A stretch of DNA of 32,000 nt from an uncultured Erysipelotrichaceae bacterium (lineage in GTDB: Bacteria; Bacillota_I; Bacilli_A; Erysipelotrichales; Erysipelotrichaceae), in the NCBI GenBank assembly GCA_942492995.1, contig OW818653.1:1230001-1262000 (forward strand), read 5' to 3'. Below, in pieces: positions 16,838 through 26,391 of this stretch. Under the pieces are notes generated by a model. That model was not told the DNA's origin, did no database searches, and saw nothing but the letters and a program-made list of their open reading frames with translations. Position numbers and translations under genes: made by a program. Each line of letters opens with the position of its first letter. The first letter of the stretch is position 1.

Positions 16838-17541
16838 TTCGATAGACGCGCTAATATCTCCTGATAAGCATCTTCCACATTTCCTAAATCTCGTCTAAAA
16901 CGATCTTTATCTAACTTCTTCTGAGTTAATTTATCCCATAAACGACATGTATCTGGACTAATCTCATCTGCTAAAACGATTGAACCATCTAATTTGCGTC
17001 CAAATTCAATCTTAAAATCGACAAGTGTTATATCGATTTGATCAAACAATTCAATTAATACACGATTGATGTTTAACGTTAATGCCTTAATTTCAGATAG
17101 TTCTGTTTCAGTTGCGGCATTAAGTGCTAAGGCATGATCTTCATTGATTAGAGGATCTCCTAACTCATCATTCTTATAACATAATTCATAGATTGGTCTT
17201 GGAGCCAATGTACCTTCTTTGATATCTAAACGTTTCGCCATTGAACCCGCAATACGATTACGAATAATTACTTCCAATGGAATTATCGTTACTTTATGGC
17301 AAAGTTGATCGCGATTATTTAATGTCTCAATGTAATGAGTTGGGATATTGTGTTTATGAAGATGTTTAAAGATGATTGTAGAAATCGCGTTATTTAGTTC
17401 ACCTTTATGTTCTATTTGGGCTTTTTTTACTCCATTAAATGCGGTCGCATCATCTTTGTAGTGAATGATAATATGTTCATCATTCTCTGTTGTATATAAT
17501 TGTTTAGCTTTACCTTCATAAATCATTTCTAGTTTTTTCAT
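16834..17541 (-). CDS. purC: SAICAR synthetase
   Basis: 235 aa. Signatures include YEGKAKQLY, LEVIIRN, ADEISPDTCRLWD and LDKDRFRRDLG. Confidence 0.96.
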   Translation of the reverse strand: MKKLEMIYEGKAKQLYTTENDEHIIIHYKDDATAFNGVKKAQIEHKGELNNAISTIIFKHLHKHNIPTHYIETLNNRDQLCHKVTIIPLEVIIRNRIAGSMAKRLDIKEGTLAPRPIYELCYKNDELGDPLINEDHALALNAATETELSEIKALTLNINRVLIELFDQIDITLVDFKIEFGRKLDGSIVLADEISPDTCRLWDKLTQKKLDKDRFRRDLGNVEDAYQEILARLSK

Positions 17542-20500
17542 ATTTTACCTCTTTTGAAAAAATTAACACCATTCTCGAATAACTTCATTTCTTGCATATC
17601 TGGAATATTGATATAACAGCCATCTTGAATACGTTCTGTATGTCCCATCTTACCGAGTATTCTTCCGTTTGGAGAGATCATACCTTCTATCGCATAGCTT
17701 GAGCCATTCACATTGAAGTGTGGATCCATTGTAACTTGACCTTCATGATTTACATATTGGAAGGCGATTTGTCCATTGTTTAGACATGTCTTATATAAGC
17801 CAGAATTTATAACTAAACGGCCTTCTCCATGACTAAGTGGTACTTTACTTACGTGCGCTAAATCTTCGCGATTGAGCCAAGGTGATGCGTCACTACTTTG
17901 TCTGATATTCGCCATTGTGGAAATATGTCGATGAATTGTGTTATGTGCTAATGTCGCATCATTTTCATTCAATTCACGTATTTCTCCATAGGGTAAATAT
18001 CCTGTCTTGATTAGTGCTTGGAATCCATTACAGATACCAATCATTAATCCATCACGTTTCAATAGCCGACTAACCGCATTCTTGACATCTTCGTTAAGTA
18101 AGATATTTACGATAAATTTTGCACTTCCATCTGGTTCATCTCCACCAGAGAATCCTCCAGGTAATGCGAGTATATGTGCGTCATCAATCAATGTACAAAA
18201 TTCATGTATCGATTCTTTTAATTGATTCGCATCTAAGTTTCGAATTAATGCATGTTTTACAAATGCACCTGCTTTTTCAAATGCACGTGCTGTATCAACT
18301 TCACAGTTTGTGCCAGGGAATACCGCTATCACAACATTCACCTTTTCTACAGGTTCAAAGGCATACGGTTTATATCCAATGCTTGATGTGATTGTATCAA
18401 TAGAACTATCTTGTTTAGGTCCAACACTTGGGTATAAGAAGGTTAATCCACTTTCATACGCTAATTTTGCGTGATTATAATCAATTGTGATGTCATTAAA
18501 GATGAAATGATGTGCAGTAACTTTACCTAAGTAGTGATAATCAAGTTCTATTTCTGGTTTAACTTCGATGATAATAGAGGCTGGATAATCAATTAGTACA
18601 TCTAAATCAGTCTTTACCTCAAATCCTAATCCATTCCCAAATGACATTTCACAGAGTGATGTCGCAAGTGTTTGGCTTACTGTATGAGCACTTACTATTT
18701 GTTTGGATGCGATTAATTCTTCAAGTTTTAGATACGTTTCTTTGATTAACTCTAAATCAAACAAGCCATTTTCAAATCGTTTAGCTTGTACAAAATACAG
18801 CTTATTCCCAACACTCTTAGTCTCGTTAGATATGATATTTTTCACAGAACGTGTACTACACGCAAAACTTATAAATGTATCAATGACATCTTTCTCATTA
18901 AATGAACCACTCATACTATCTTTTCCACCAATTGCAGGTCGTCCAAATACTTCTTGAACACTTTGTGCACCGAGCAATGTTTGAACAACATTTCCCCATT
19001 TCTTAGGATCCTTATAGAGTCTTGCGAAATATTCTTGGAACGAGAAGAAGATATTTTGAATGGATCCACCAACCGCAATCGTACGTGCAATACTTTCAAG
19101 TACAGATGCCTGTGCACTCATAAATGGATTAATTTCAGCTAAATTTGGATTAAATCCATACGTTAAGATACTTACTGTATCCGTTGTGCCATGTTCTAAA
19201 CTAATCTTCTGTATACTTGCCAATGCAGGAGTTAATTGATGTTTACCCCCTAATGGATATAGAACGGTTGTAGCACCGATACTTCCATCAAATTGTTCGA
19301 TAAGACCTTTTTGGCTACTAACATTCAAATCATTGAGATGTTCTAATAGTGATAATTCAGTAAATGGTTTTTGTATATATTTGGTAATTGATTTTTGTGA
19401 TAAAGTAGCTTCAATCTTTTGACGTACACCATTTGTATTAATTAATTCACGAGGTAAATCCACAACAATTTCATTTCCATATTTCATGATTAATCGATTT
19501 GTATCAGTGATTGTGGCGACGATTGTTGCCTCAACATTCTCATTACGTGCATACGCTAAGAATGTTTCACAATCATTGGGTTCTATTACGACAGCCATAC
19601 GTTCTTGGCTTTCACTAATTGCGATTTCGGTTGGAGTTAGTCCTAAATACTTAAGTGGTACTTTATCCAATTGAATTGTGCATCCATCAGATAATTCACC
19701 GATTGCGACACAAACTCCACCTGCCCCAAAATCATTCGCTTTTTTAATTAATTGTGTGACCTTTGGATTTCTAAACAGACGTTGTAATTTACGTTCTTCA
19801 GGCGCATTGCCTTTTTGAACTTCACTTCCACTGGTTAACAGACTGTTGGAAGATTGAATCTTAGAGGATCCGGTTGCGCCACCAATTCCATCACGACCTG
19901 TTCTTCCACCTAATAGAATAACGATATCACCTGTTTCAGGTTTTAAACGCTTTACATATTCTTTTTTAACTGCCCCAACTACTGCGCCACATTCTAAGTG
20001 TTTTGCGACATACGATGGATGATAGATTTCCTTAACAAATGTCGTTGTGACACCAATTTGATTCCCATACGATGAGTTTCCCTGTGTCGCCTTAGAAGCG
20101 ATGATGCGTTGTGGAAGTTTATTCGGAAGTGTCGCTTCAAATGATTCTTTAACATTGCCACATCCACTAATACGCATTGCTTGATAAACATAACTTCTTC
20201 CACTTAATGGATCACGAATCGCTCCACCAATACAAGTTGATGCGCCACCAAATGGTTCTATTTCTGTTGGATGATTATGGGTTTCATTCTTAAACATTAA
20301 CAACCATTCTTCAACACGATTATCCACATCTACATCAATCATCACACTACATGCATTAACTTCATCGCTTAATTCGTTTCTAGGATCTTTATTGAATCGA
20401 CCAAACATCGTTGCCATTTCCATTAATGTAATGGGTTTATTACTGCGATTTAATGAATTTCGCATTGTTAGAAATTGATTAAACGCATGTTCAATCGCAT

Positions 20501-21212
20501 CTTTATATGGACCTTCTTCAATATTAATATGGGTAATTTCTGTCTCAAATGTCGTGTGGCGACAATGATCACTCCAATAGGTATCTAACACTTTGAATTC
20601 GGTATATGTTAAATCTCTATGTAAGTACTTATTAAAATAGGATTGAATTAGTTTTAAATCATCTAGTGTCATTGCGGCACTTTGGTCTTTTAGAAATTGT
20701 ATCAATTCAACTTCTTCCCATTTGCAGAAATTTAAAAGAAGCGGTTCGTTAATCACATCCACCGTTTGATTATCTTCCACTAAATTCTTCAATCGCATTT
20801 CTACAGGATTAATCCAATATTTTATAAATTTAGAATGTTCATTATCGGTAAGGTTTCGATTAAATAGCACAACTTGAAATGTTTTAACATTTGGTTCCGA
20901 TTCAAAATCTAAACATTTGATACATTGAATTGCACTATCGGATCGTTGATCATATTGACCTGGTATTGGTTCTCTGGCACAAATATGGCCATCATTCTTA
21001 GGAATTGATTCATACACAATATCCACCATTGGTTCACTAAAGACATGTTGGATGGAATTTGTTATATCTTTTTCTTCAATATTTTCGACTGTATATCCAT
21101 TAAGAATTCGAATATCACATTCTATATCTAATAGATTTTTTAATTGTGCCTTAAGATTAATCGCTTCTTGATTAAAGCCATTTCTTTTTTCTGTATAAAC
21201 CGTTAGTTTCAT
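17538..21212 (-). CDS. purL: Phosphoribosylformylglycinamidine synthase, single-chain large form (PurS/PurL/PurQ-equivalent fused)
   Basis: I place the start at ATG 21212 ([10 protein letters not shown]; GGAGAA RBS 8 nt upstream; ATGA overlap with the purK stop). The track start at 21227 is a TTG. The protein is about 1224 aa. It has an FGAM synthetase core (TFKNETHNHPTEIEPFGGA) and a C-terminal glutaminase domain (ICNGFQAL, HGEGR). Confidence 0.95.
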   Translation of the reverse strand: MKLTVYTEKRNGFNQEAINLKAQLKNLLDIECDIRILNGYTVENIEEKDITNSIQHVFSEPMVDIVYESIPKNDGHICAREPIPGQYDQRSDSAIQCIKCLDFESEPNVKTFQVVLFNRNLTDNEHSKFIKYWINPVEMRLKNLVEDNQTVDVINEPLLLNFCKWEEVELIQFLKDQSAAMTLDDLKLIQSYFNKYLHRDLTYTEFKVLDTYWSDHCRHTTFETEITHINIEEGPYKDAIEHAFNQFLTMRNSLNRSNKPITLMEMATMFGRFNKDPRNELSDEVNACSVMIDVDVDNRVEEWLLMFKNETHNHPTEIEPFGGASTCIGGAIRDPLSGRSYVYQAMRISGCGNVKESFEATLPNKLPQRIIASKATQGNSSYGNQIGVTTTFVKEIYHPSYVAKHLECGAVVGAVKKEYVKRLKPETGDIVILLGGRTGRDGIGGATGSSKIQSSNSLLTSGSEVQKGNAPEERKLQRLFRNPKVTQLIKKANDFGAGGVCVAIGELSDGCTIQLDKVPLKYLGLTPTEIAISESQERMAVVIEPNDCETFLAYARNENVEATIVATITDTNRLIMKYGNEIVVDLPRELINTNGVRQKIEATLSQKSITKYIQKPFTELSLLEHLNDLNVSSQKGLIEQFDGSIGATTVLYPLGGKHQLTPALASIQKISLEHGTTDTVSILTYGFNPNLAEINPFMSAQASVLESIARTIAVGGSIQNIFFSFQEYFARLYKDPKKWGNVVQTLLGAQSVQEVFGRPAIGGKDSMSGSFNEKDVIDTFISFACSTRSVKNIISNETKSVGNKLYFVQAKRFENGLFDLELIKETYLKLEELIASKQIVSAHTVSQTLATSLCEMSFGNGLGFEVKTDLDVLIDYPASIIIEVKPEIELDYHYLGKVTAHHFIFNDITIDYNHAKLAYESGLTFLYPSVGPKQDSSIDTITSSIGYKPYAFEPVEKVNVVIAVFPGTNCEVDTARAFEKAGAFVKHALIRNLDANQLKESIHEFCTLIDDAHILALPGGFSGGDEPDGSAKFIVNILLNEDVKNAVSRLLKRDGLMIGICNGFQALIKTGYLPYGEIRELNENDATLAHNTIHRHISTMANIRQSSDASPWLNREDLAHVSKVPLSHGEGRLVINSGLYKTCLNNGQIAFQYVNHEGQVTMDPHFNVNGSSYAIEGMISPNGRILGKMGHTERIQDGCYINIPDMQEMKLFENGVNFFKRGKI

Positions 21213-22321
21213 CGTTGTGTTCTCCAATTTTTCGCAATTTCTTTCACTTGTTCTACTGAATCATGATGAATCGTAAGATGTCCCATTTTACGATTGTGTC
21301 TAATTTCTTTCTTGCCATATACATGTAAGTGAATCGATTGTGTCGATTGTTTTTCAAATCGTTGGATAATTAATTCGATGTCTTGCCCAAGTATATTTTG
21401 CATAACACTTGCTTGAAGACGTTTAGGTTGAATAACTGAACTTCCACAAATTGCGGAAACATGTAAATCAAATTGGCTATAGTCACTTGAATTGATTGTC
21501 CCATGACCTGAATTGTGTGGACGTGGTGCTAATTCATTGAAGTAAAGCTGATTGTCTTTAACGAAGAATTCAACTGCTAATATGCCTTTATAATTAAACG
21601 TTTCGATTATCTTTAGTGCGCTTTGAATTGCCTGTTGTTGGATTTCAAGTGATACTTGTGCAGGATACAGAGATGTATCGAGTATTCCATTCACATGTTG
21701 ATTTTCAAATGGTTCATAGTAGGCTTGTCCATCCTTAAATCCACATACGATAACACTTATTTCTGTATCAAACACACATACTTCTTCCGCAATATACGCA
21801 TTGGGAAATTCTAACTTTAGTGATGTTAATGCTTGTTTATCATTAACTCGATATTGACCTTTTCCATCATATCCAAAACGTCTTGTTTTAATAATGATTG
21901 GGAAATTTAAATCTAGATTATCGAGTTCTTCTTGTGTTGAGAAAGGAGCGAATTGTACAGTTGGTATCCCTAAGTATTCAATAGTACTTTTCTCAAGCAA
22001 ACGATCTTGACTTACTTTTAGACAATCATACCCTTGTGGAACGTTATCTATTTGACTTACTTTGCGTAACATCTCAACATCTACATTTTCGAATTCATAG
22101 GTAAGTATTTCACTTATCTCTGCTAATTGACGTAATGCGGATTCATCAGAATACGATGCACAGATGAAGTGGTTCGCGATACTAGCACATGGACATTGAT
22201 TATCTGGATCAAGTACTACTACTTGATAACCTTGTTCAATCATGGAAATTGCCATCATTTTACCAAGTTGTCCTCCACCTATGATTCCAATTGTGGAAGG
22301 TGGTAAGATACGTTTCATCAT
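21209..22321 (-). CDS. purK: N5-carboxyaminoimidazole ribonucleotide synthase
   Basis: 370 aa ATP-grasp protein with [10 protein letters not shown] and [11 protein letters not shown]. It has an ATGA overlap with the purE stop. Confidence 0.94.
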   Translation of the reverse strand: MMKRILPPSTIGIIGGGQLGKMMAISMIEQGYQVVVLDPDNQCPCASIANHFICASYSDESALRQLAEISEILTYEFENVDVEMLRKVSQIDNVPQGYDCLKVSQDRLLEKSTIEYLGIPTVQFAPFSTQEELDNLDLNFPIIIKTRRFGYDGKGQYRVNDKQALTSLKLEFPNAYIAEEVCVFDTEISVIVCGFKDGQAYYEPFENQHVNGILDTSLYPAQVSLEIQQQAIQSALKIIETFNYKGILAVEFFVKDNQLYFNELAPRPHNSGHGTINSSDYSQFDLHVSAICGSSVIQPKRLQASVMQNILGQDIELIIQRFEKQSTQSIHLHVYGKKEIRHNRKMGHLTIHHDSVEQVKEIAKNWRTQR

Positions 22322-22806
22322 GGAAGCTTAGTATCCCTTACTTCAGACGCAATGTTCATTTGATATTCTATGAGTTGTTTAGAAAGATTATCATCATTCA
22401 AACTTAGAATTCGAATCGCAGCTAAAGCCGCATTCTTTGCGCCGGCAACTCCAATGGCAGTTGTTAATACCGGAACTCCAGCTGGCATTTGAACAATTGA
22501 GAGTAAACTATCCAATCCATTCAATGATTTACTTTGAATTGGAACTCCTATAACAGGAAGTGTAGTGAGTGATGCGATCATTCCAGGGAGATGAGCTGCG
22601 CCACCAGCTGCCGCAATTATCACGTGTATGCCTTTATCTTTCGCTTCTTTCGCATACGTAAACATATCCTCTGGGGTACGATGCGCACTTACAATCTTCT
22701 TTTCATACGCTACTTTAAAATCATCAAGAATGGCTATTCCTTCTTTTACTGTTTCATAATCTGAATAAGAACCCATTACGACTGATACTTTAATTGATGT
22801 ATCCAT
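22318..22806 (-). CDS. purE: N5-CAIR mutase
   Basis: 162 aa. Signatures include [16 protein letters not shown] and [11 protein letters not shown]. An AAGGAGA RBS is present. Confidence 0.96.
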   Translation of the reverse strand: MDTSIKVSVVMGSYSDYETVKEGIAILDDFKVAYEKKIVSAHRTPEDMFTYAKEAKDKGIHVIIAAAGGAAHLPGMIASLTTLPVIGVPIQSKSLNGLDSLLSIVQMPAGVPVLTTAIGVAGAKNAALAAIRILSLNDDNLSKQLIEYQMNIASEVRDTKLP

Positions 22807-22821
22807 TTTTTCTCCTTAAAT

Positions 22822-22952
22822 AAATAAAAGACACTTGTTACAGTGTCTCTAGAAAAAACAAAAATAGCTAAAAAGCCTATAGTTGTTTTGTAGTCCTGTC
22901 AAAGGTAACAGGGTAGAGACTTGCAGACCATTTTTCTGCGATTATACAAAAC
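22822..22952 (-). promoter_or_regulatory. Purine riboswitch (guanine-type aptamer 22952-22885) with intrinsic terminator expression platform (about 22850-22822)
   Basis: Minus-strand RNA: GUUUUGUA-UAAUCGCAGAAAAAUGGUCUGCAAGUCUCUACCCUGUUACCUUUGACAGGAC-UACAAAAC. P1 is a perfect 8 bp. The conserved UAUAAUCGC, CAAGUCUCUACC and GAC-U-AC elements are present. The discriminator position is C (GGACUAC), which indicates guanine/hypoxanthine specificity. Downstream lies AGAGACACU-GUAACA-AGUGUCUUU followed by UAUUUAUUU, just before the purE RBS. Confidence 0.88.
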
Positions 22953-23091
22953 GATTTAGTTGTGTTAAGCAATTCAATAGATATAAAGTTTACCTAAAAT
23001 AGGATGGTTCTCTTTATATCTGTCTATTCTACACCAAGCCTATTTAATTTAAAAGCAATGAAACGAATGTAACTAATGAAAGTTTATGAAA

Positions 23092-23115
23092 TAAAAAAGT
23101 GATCAGTTGACCACT
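23092..23115 (-). terminator. Rho-independent terminator after the cupin gene
   Basis: Minus-strand RNA: AGUGGUC-AACU-GAUCACU (7 bp, one G.U pair) followed by UUUUUAU, 12 nt after the stop codon. Confidence 0.65.
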
Positions 23116-23127
23116 CGTTATTAAAAA

Positions 23128-23475
23128 CTATTTATGTCCTTCAGTTGGGACGATACAAATGAACTTTAATACTGCATTCGATGTATTTTGAAACTGATGA
23201 AGTTCATTTCCTGGAACATACGCATATGAACCAGCTTGTATTGAATTCTCTTGTCCATTTAGAAACAATGTCCCATTCCCTTCCACAATATAATTGATAT
23301 GTGGCCATGGATGTTGGTGGCGTGGTGTAAATCCACCCGGTTCAAGTTCAAATACACGCATGACGTGATTATCCCAACCTTCGTTTGATCCAACCAATAC
23401 TTTCATTTTAGCCTTATCCGCTAATGGGTTTTGTACTACTTTATTCTCTAAATCGTTTACATGTCCAAGTGGCAT
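23128..23475 (-). CDS. Cupin-domain protein (metal-binding single-domain cupin)
   Basis: 115 aa. Cupin motif 1 is GGFTPRHQHPWPHINYIVEG and motif 2 is GSYAYVPGNELHQFQN. Confidence 0.85.
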   Translation of the reverse strand: MPLGHVNDLENKVVQNPLADKAKMKVLVGSNEGWDNHVMRVFELEPGGFTPRHQHPWPHINYIVEGNGTLFLNGQENSIQAGSYAYVPGNELHQFQNTSNAVLKFICIVPTEGHK

Positions 23476-23524
23476 AATGTTTACCTCAAATTAATACTTC
23501 ATATAATACCATAAAGCTATAATA

Positions 23525-24211
23525 CTATTCAGTAATTCGCTTTAATGCGTTTATGTTTTTTACGATAATCTTACGTTGTCCGATTAATTCGATAACTCCT
23601 TCATCTTGAAATGAGGTTAGTTTACGACTTAATGTTTCTTGACTCATCCCAATCGACGACGCAAAATCACCTTTCGTCATATTCAATGTAATCTCATTTC
23701 TTTGATTAACTAAATCAAGTAGTGCTAATGCTAAGCGTTGTTCAACTGTATTAAGATTTATTTTCTCAATCAATGATTCAGCTTGTTCTAAACGTTTACT
23801 TAAAACTTCCATAACTTTAAACGCAATGGATGGATACTTATTCATCAATTCTTTTAACTTATTTCCATCAATCATACACATAAGCGTTTTCTCAAGTACT
23901 TCCGCATTATCAGTTAATGGTGTATTACTTAATAGCGTTAATTCTCCCATAAATTCGCCAGGTTCGACGATGCGAAGAACTTGTTCCTTACCATTAATAT
24001 TTAATCGTGATATTTTAACTCGACCTGAATGCAGAACATACAGTTTGCCTCCCAAATCATTTGCCATGTAGACATATGATCCTTTATCAAACTTTGCCTC
24101 AGTTGTAATATTCGCAATTTCCAACATTTCTTCTTCTGTTAGATTACTGAAAATAGGAACGATTTCGATACAATTGGATGGATTCTCATCTTGGTGATGG
24201 TTACATGTCAT
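23525..24211 (-). CDS. Crp/Fnr-family transcriptional regulator, FNR-type recognition helix
   Basis: 228 aa. It has a cNMP-binding-like beta-roll (GEFMGEL) and a C-terminal HTH, GMSQETLSRKLTSF, carrying the E-x-x-S-R motif typical of the FNR/FixK branch. The N-terminus is MTCNHHQDENPSNC (Cys3, His5, His6, Cys14), and there is a Cys at position 112. Confidence 0.85.
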   Translation of the reverse strand: MTCNHHQDENPSNCIEIVPIFSNLTEEEMLEIANITTEAKFDKGSYVYMANDLGGKLYVLHSGRVKISRLNINGKEQVLRIVEPGEFMGELTLLSNTPLTDNAEVLEKTLMCMIDGNKLKELMNKYPSIAFKVMEVLSKRLEQAESLIEKINLNTVEQRLALALLDLVNQRNEITLNMTKGDFASSIGMSQETLSRKLTSFQDEGVIELIGQRKIIVKNINALKRITE

Positions 24212-24244
24212 AGTTATCTCCTGATATTATCATAACTGATTCGA

Positions 24245-26086
24245 TTACTTTTCTCTATATTTAAGCAATCCTACCGCATTTAATATAACTAAGAAGACGG
24301 ATAGTTCATGAATTAACATACCTAAGGATAAGTTAACTGTTTTGATTAAAACACCAGCTAATAGAAACCCTGCCACAAGTAGAGCAAATACGATATTTTG
24401 CGTCATATTTTGAACGGTCTTACGACTTAATCCAAACGCATAGATTAGTTTTTTAATCTGCGATGATAATAATATAACATCTGCCGTTTCCATCGCAACA
24501 TCCGCTCCAGCTTGTCCCATCGCTATTCCAATATCGGCACTTGCAAGAGCTGGCGCATCATTAACACCATCTCCAACCATTGCGACTAAACCATATTTAG
24601 TTTTAAGGTTATTTAGTACTTCGACTTTGTTTTCTGGGAGTAAATCTCCATAGAATTCATCAATTTGAAGTTGTTTCGCTATTGATTCTGCAGTTCTATG
24701 ATTATCCCCTGTTAACATAATGACATTAATATTCGCTTTATGAAGTTGTTTAATCAGTTCATGTGAATCATCACGTATCGCATCCGCAATCATGATTAAC
24801 GCAAGGATCTTTTTATCATTGCTTAAGAGTATAGTTGTATAGCCTTGTTCTTCTTCATGTTTAATCTCTTCTTCAATATCACGATAATCAATGTTTAAAC
24901 TCTTCAGTAAGTTTCGATTACCAATTCGATAATGTGTACCTAAATAATCAAATTGAATGCCTAATCCAGTCAAAATTTCGATGTTATCTATTTTCTCTGA
25001 TAAATCAATCTTTTCAGTTTGTGCTTTAAGAATTATCGCCTTACCTAATGGATGTTCAGAATACGATTCTCCAAGTGCCGCAATTTTTAGTGCGTCATGT
25101 TCAGATAGTTCAAATGTCTTAATTTTCTTAACTTCTGGTTTACCAATGGTTAATGTCCCAGTTTTATCAAACGCAACAGCTTTTATTTTACCTAATTTCT
25201 CAATTGATTCTCCACCCTTAAATAGAACTCCATAATTCGCACCATTCCCAATTCCAGCCACGATCGAAACAGGTGTAGATATAACAAGCGCTCCAGGACA
25301 TGCGATCACGATGATCGTAAGTGATAATTCAACATCACGTGTAATTAAGTACATCACAATGGAAAGTACGACAATTGATGGTGTATAGTAAGCTGAGAAT
25401 TTTTCGATAAACTTCTGTGTTTTTGCCTTACTATCCTGCGCATCTTCAACTAACTGTAAAATATGTGCAAATGTTGTATCATCCCCAATTTTTTGAGCTG
25501 AAATAACTAAATAACCTGATTCAATGGTTGTGCCAGAAAAAACTGAATCATTTAGTGATTTATATACAGGGAGTGATTCTCCAGTAATTGATGATTGATT
25601 CACATACGCATTCCCTTCAAGTACACTTCCATCAACAGAAATTTTCTCACCTGGTTTTACGATTACAGTATCATCTATCAATACATCATCTACTCCAATA
25701 ACAATTTCTTTTCCATCGCGTAGAACTGTTGCCTTTTTTGGCGCTAGATCAAGAAGTGCTTTAATGGAAGATCGTGTTTTTTCGATTGTACGTGACTCTA
25801 GATAATCACCTAGCATAAACAAGAACGTAACTGCCGCAGCTTCCCAATATTCACCAATTAAAACAGCCCCAATAACCGCGATGGTCACAAGGGCATCAAT
25901 TCCAATAATTTTATAGCGAATTGCACTAAATGCTTTCTTGAATATTGGTGTTCCAGCAATAACGGTTGTGACCAACATAAAGATATTCGCATATAAGCTT
26001 AAATCTTCAAATTGTCTGAGAATAAACGCAATCGAAATCGTTATTAGAGAACTTGTGATAATTTGTTTTTTAGTTAATTTAAACAT
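24245..26086 (-). CDS. P1B-type heavy-metal-translocating ATPase lacking an N-terminal metal-binding domain; atypical CPG transmembrane motif
   Basis: 613 aa. Signatures include TGES, DKTGTLT, SEHPLGKAI and GDGVNDAPAL. The TM metal site reads IACPGALVISTP where CPC or SPC would be expected. The last TM helix reads LIHELSVFLVILNA. No HMA domain is fused. Confidence 0.9.
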   Translation of the reverse strand: MFKLTKKQIITSSLITISIAFILRQFEDLSLYANIFMLVTTVIAGTPIFKKAFSAIRYKIIGIDALVTIAVIGAVLIGEYWEAAAVTFLFMLGDYLESRTIEKTRSSIKALLDLAPKKATVLRDGKEIVIGVDDVLIDDTVIVKPGEKISVDGSVLEGNAYVNQSSITGESLPVYKSLNDSVFSGTTIESGYLVISAQKIGDDTTFAHILQLVEDAQDSKAKTQKFIEKFSAYYTPSIVVLSIVMYLITRDVELSLTIIVIACPGALVISTPVSIVAGIGNGANYGVLFKGGESIEKLGKIKAVAFDKTGTLTIGKPEVKKIKTFELSEHDALKIAALGESYSEHPLGKAIILKAQTEKIDLSEKIDNIEILTGLGIQFDYLGTHYRIGNRNLLKSLNIDYRDIEEEIKHEEEQGYTTILLSNDKKILALIMIADAIRDDSHELIKQLHKANINVIMLTGDNHRTAESIAKQLQIDEFYGDLLPENKVEVLNNLKTKYGLVAMVGDGVNDAPALASADIGIAMGQAGADVAMETADVILLSSQIKKLIYAFGLSRKTVQNMTQNIVFALLVAGFLLAGVLIKTVNLSLGMLIHELSVFLVILNAVGLLKYREK

Positions 26087-26108
26087 AAATCCTCCTTTTC
26101 AAAATCAA

Positions 26109-26324
26109 TTACTTTTCGCTAATTACGTTATAACCTAATTGATGAATTTTCGCCTTTATAAGTGCAGAAGTTACTTGTTCTTCATTAAAACTTACTTTTA
26201 CTCGAGAAGAGTTAAATAACACTTCAGACGTTTCGATTCCTTCGGTTTGTTTTAACATTCCTTCAATTTTTTTAATACAACTTGGACAAGATACTGTTTC
26301 TAATTGATATGTTTTATTTTGCAT
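26109..26324 (-). CDS. Stand-alone heavy-metal-associated (HMA) domain metallochaperone
   Basis: I place the start at ATG 26324 (MQNKTYQLETVSCPSCIKKIEG...; AAGGAGA RBS 5 nt upstream), giving 71 aa. It has the CxxC motif in the usual HMA loop. Confidence 0.85.
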   Translation of the reverse strand: MQNKTYQLETVSCPSCIKKIEGMLKQTEGIETSEVLFNSSRVKVSFNEEQVTSALIKAKIHQLGYNVISEK

Positions 26325-26391
26325 AATGTTCTCCTTGTCGAACAATTTAATTGTTTGATATCTAAAGTATACTCATTTTAATAATAGATAC

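Noticed and set aside
2209-20203. Many 60-115-aa ORFs in the track lie inside, or antisense to, the long conserved genes. Examples are 2209-2430+, 4454-4675-, 4499-4750+, 4894-5238+, 5241-5573+, 5715-5915-, 5721-6017+, 6666-6875-, 7982-8260+, 8347-8553+, 11444-11635+, 12077-12295+, 13741-13941+, 14903-15094+, 15931-16167+, 18007-19674 (several), 19994-20203-, 23826-24071+, 24957-25235+, 25938-26138+ and 28056-28274+.
   Set aside because: Each is fully embedded in a longer ORF with clear family signatures, either on the opposite strand or in another frame. They have low-complexity, Ile/Ser/Pro/Asn-rich translations typical of AT-rich shadow frames, and none has a convincing RBS. I treat them as non-coding.
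22941-22946. A perfect TATAAT on the minus strand upstream of purE, which could be read as a -10 box.
   Set aside because: It is the conserved UAUAAU at the P1/J1-2 junction of the purine riboswitch aptamer. It is not a promoter element.
23055-23075. A PurBox-like sequence (AATGAAACGAATGTAA) upstream of the pur riboswitch, suggesting PurR control.
   Set aside because: Only the ACGAA core resembles the Bacillus or Lactococcus PurBox as I remember it. I could not find the second inverted copy needed for PurR binding, and in AT-rich DNA a match this weak is expected by chance. I also could not place the pur promoter hexamers confidently.
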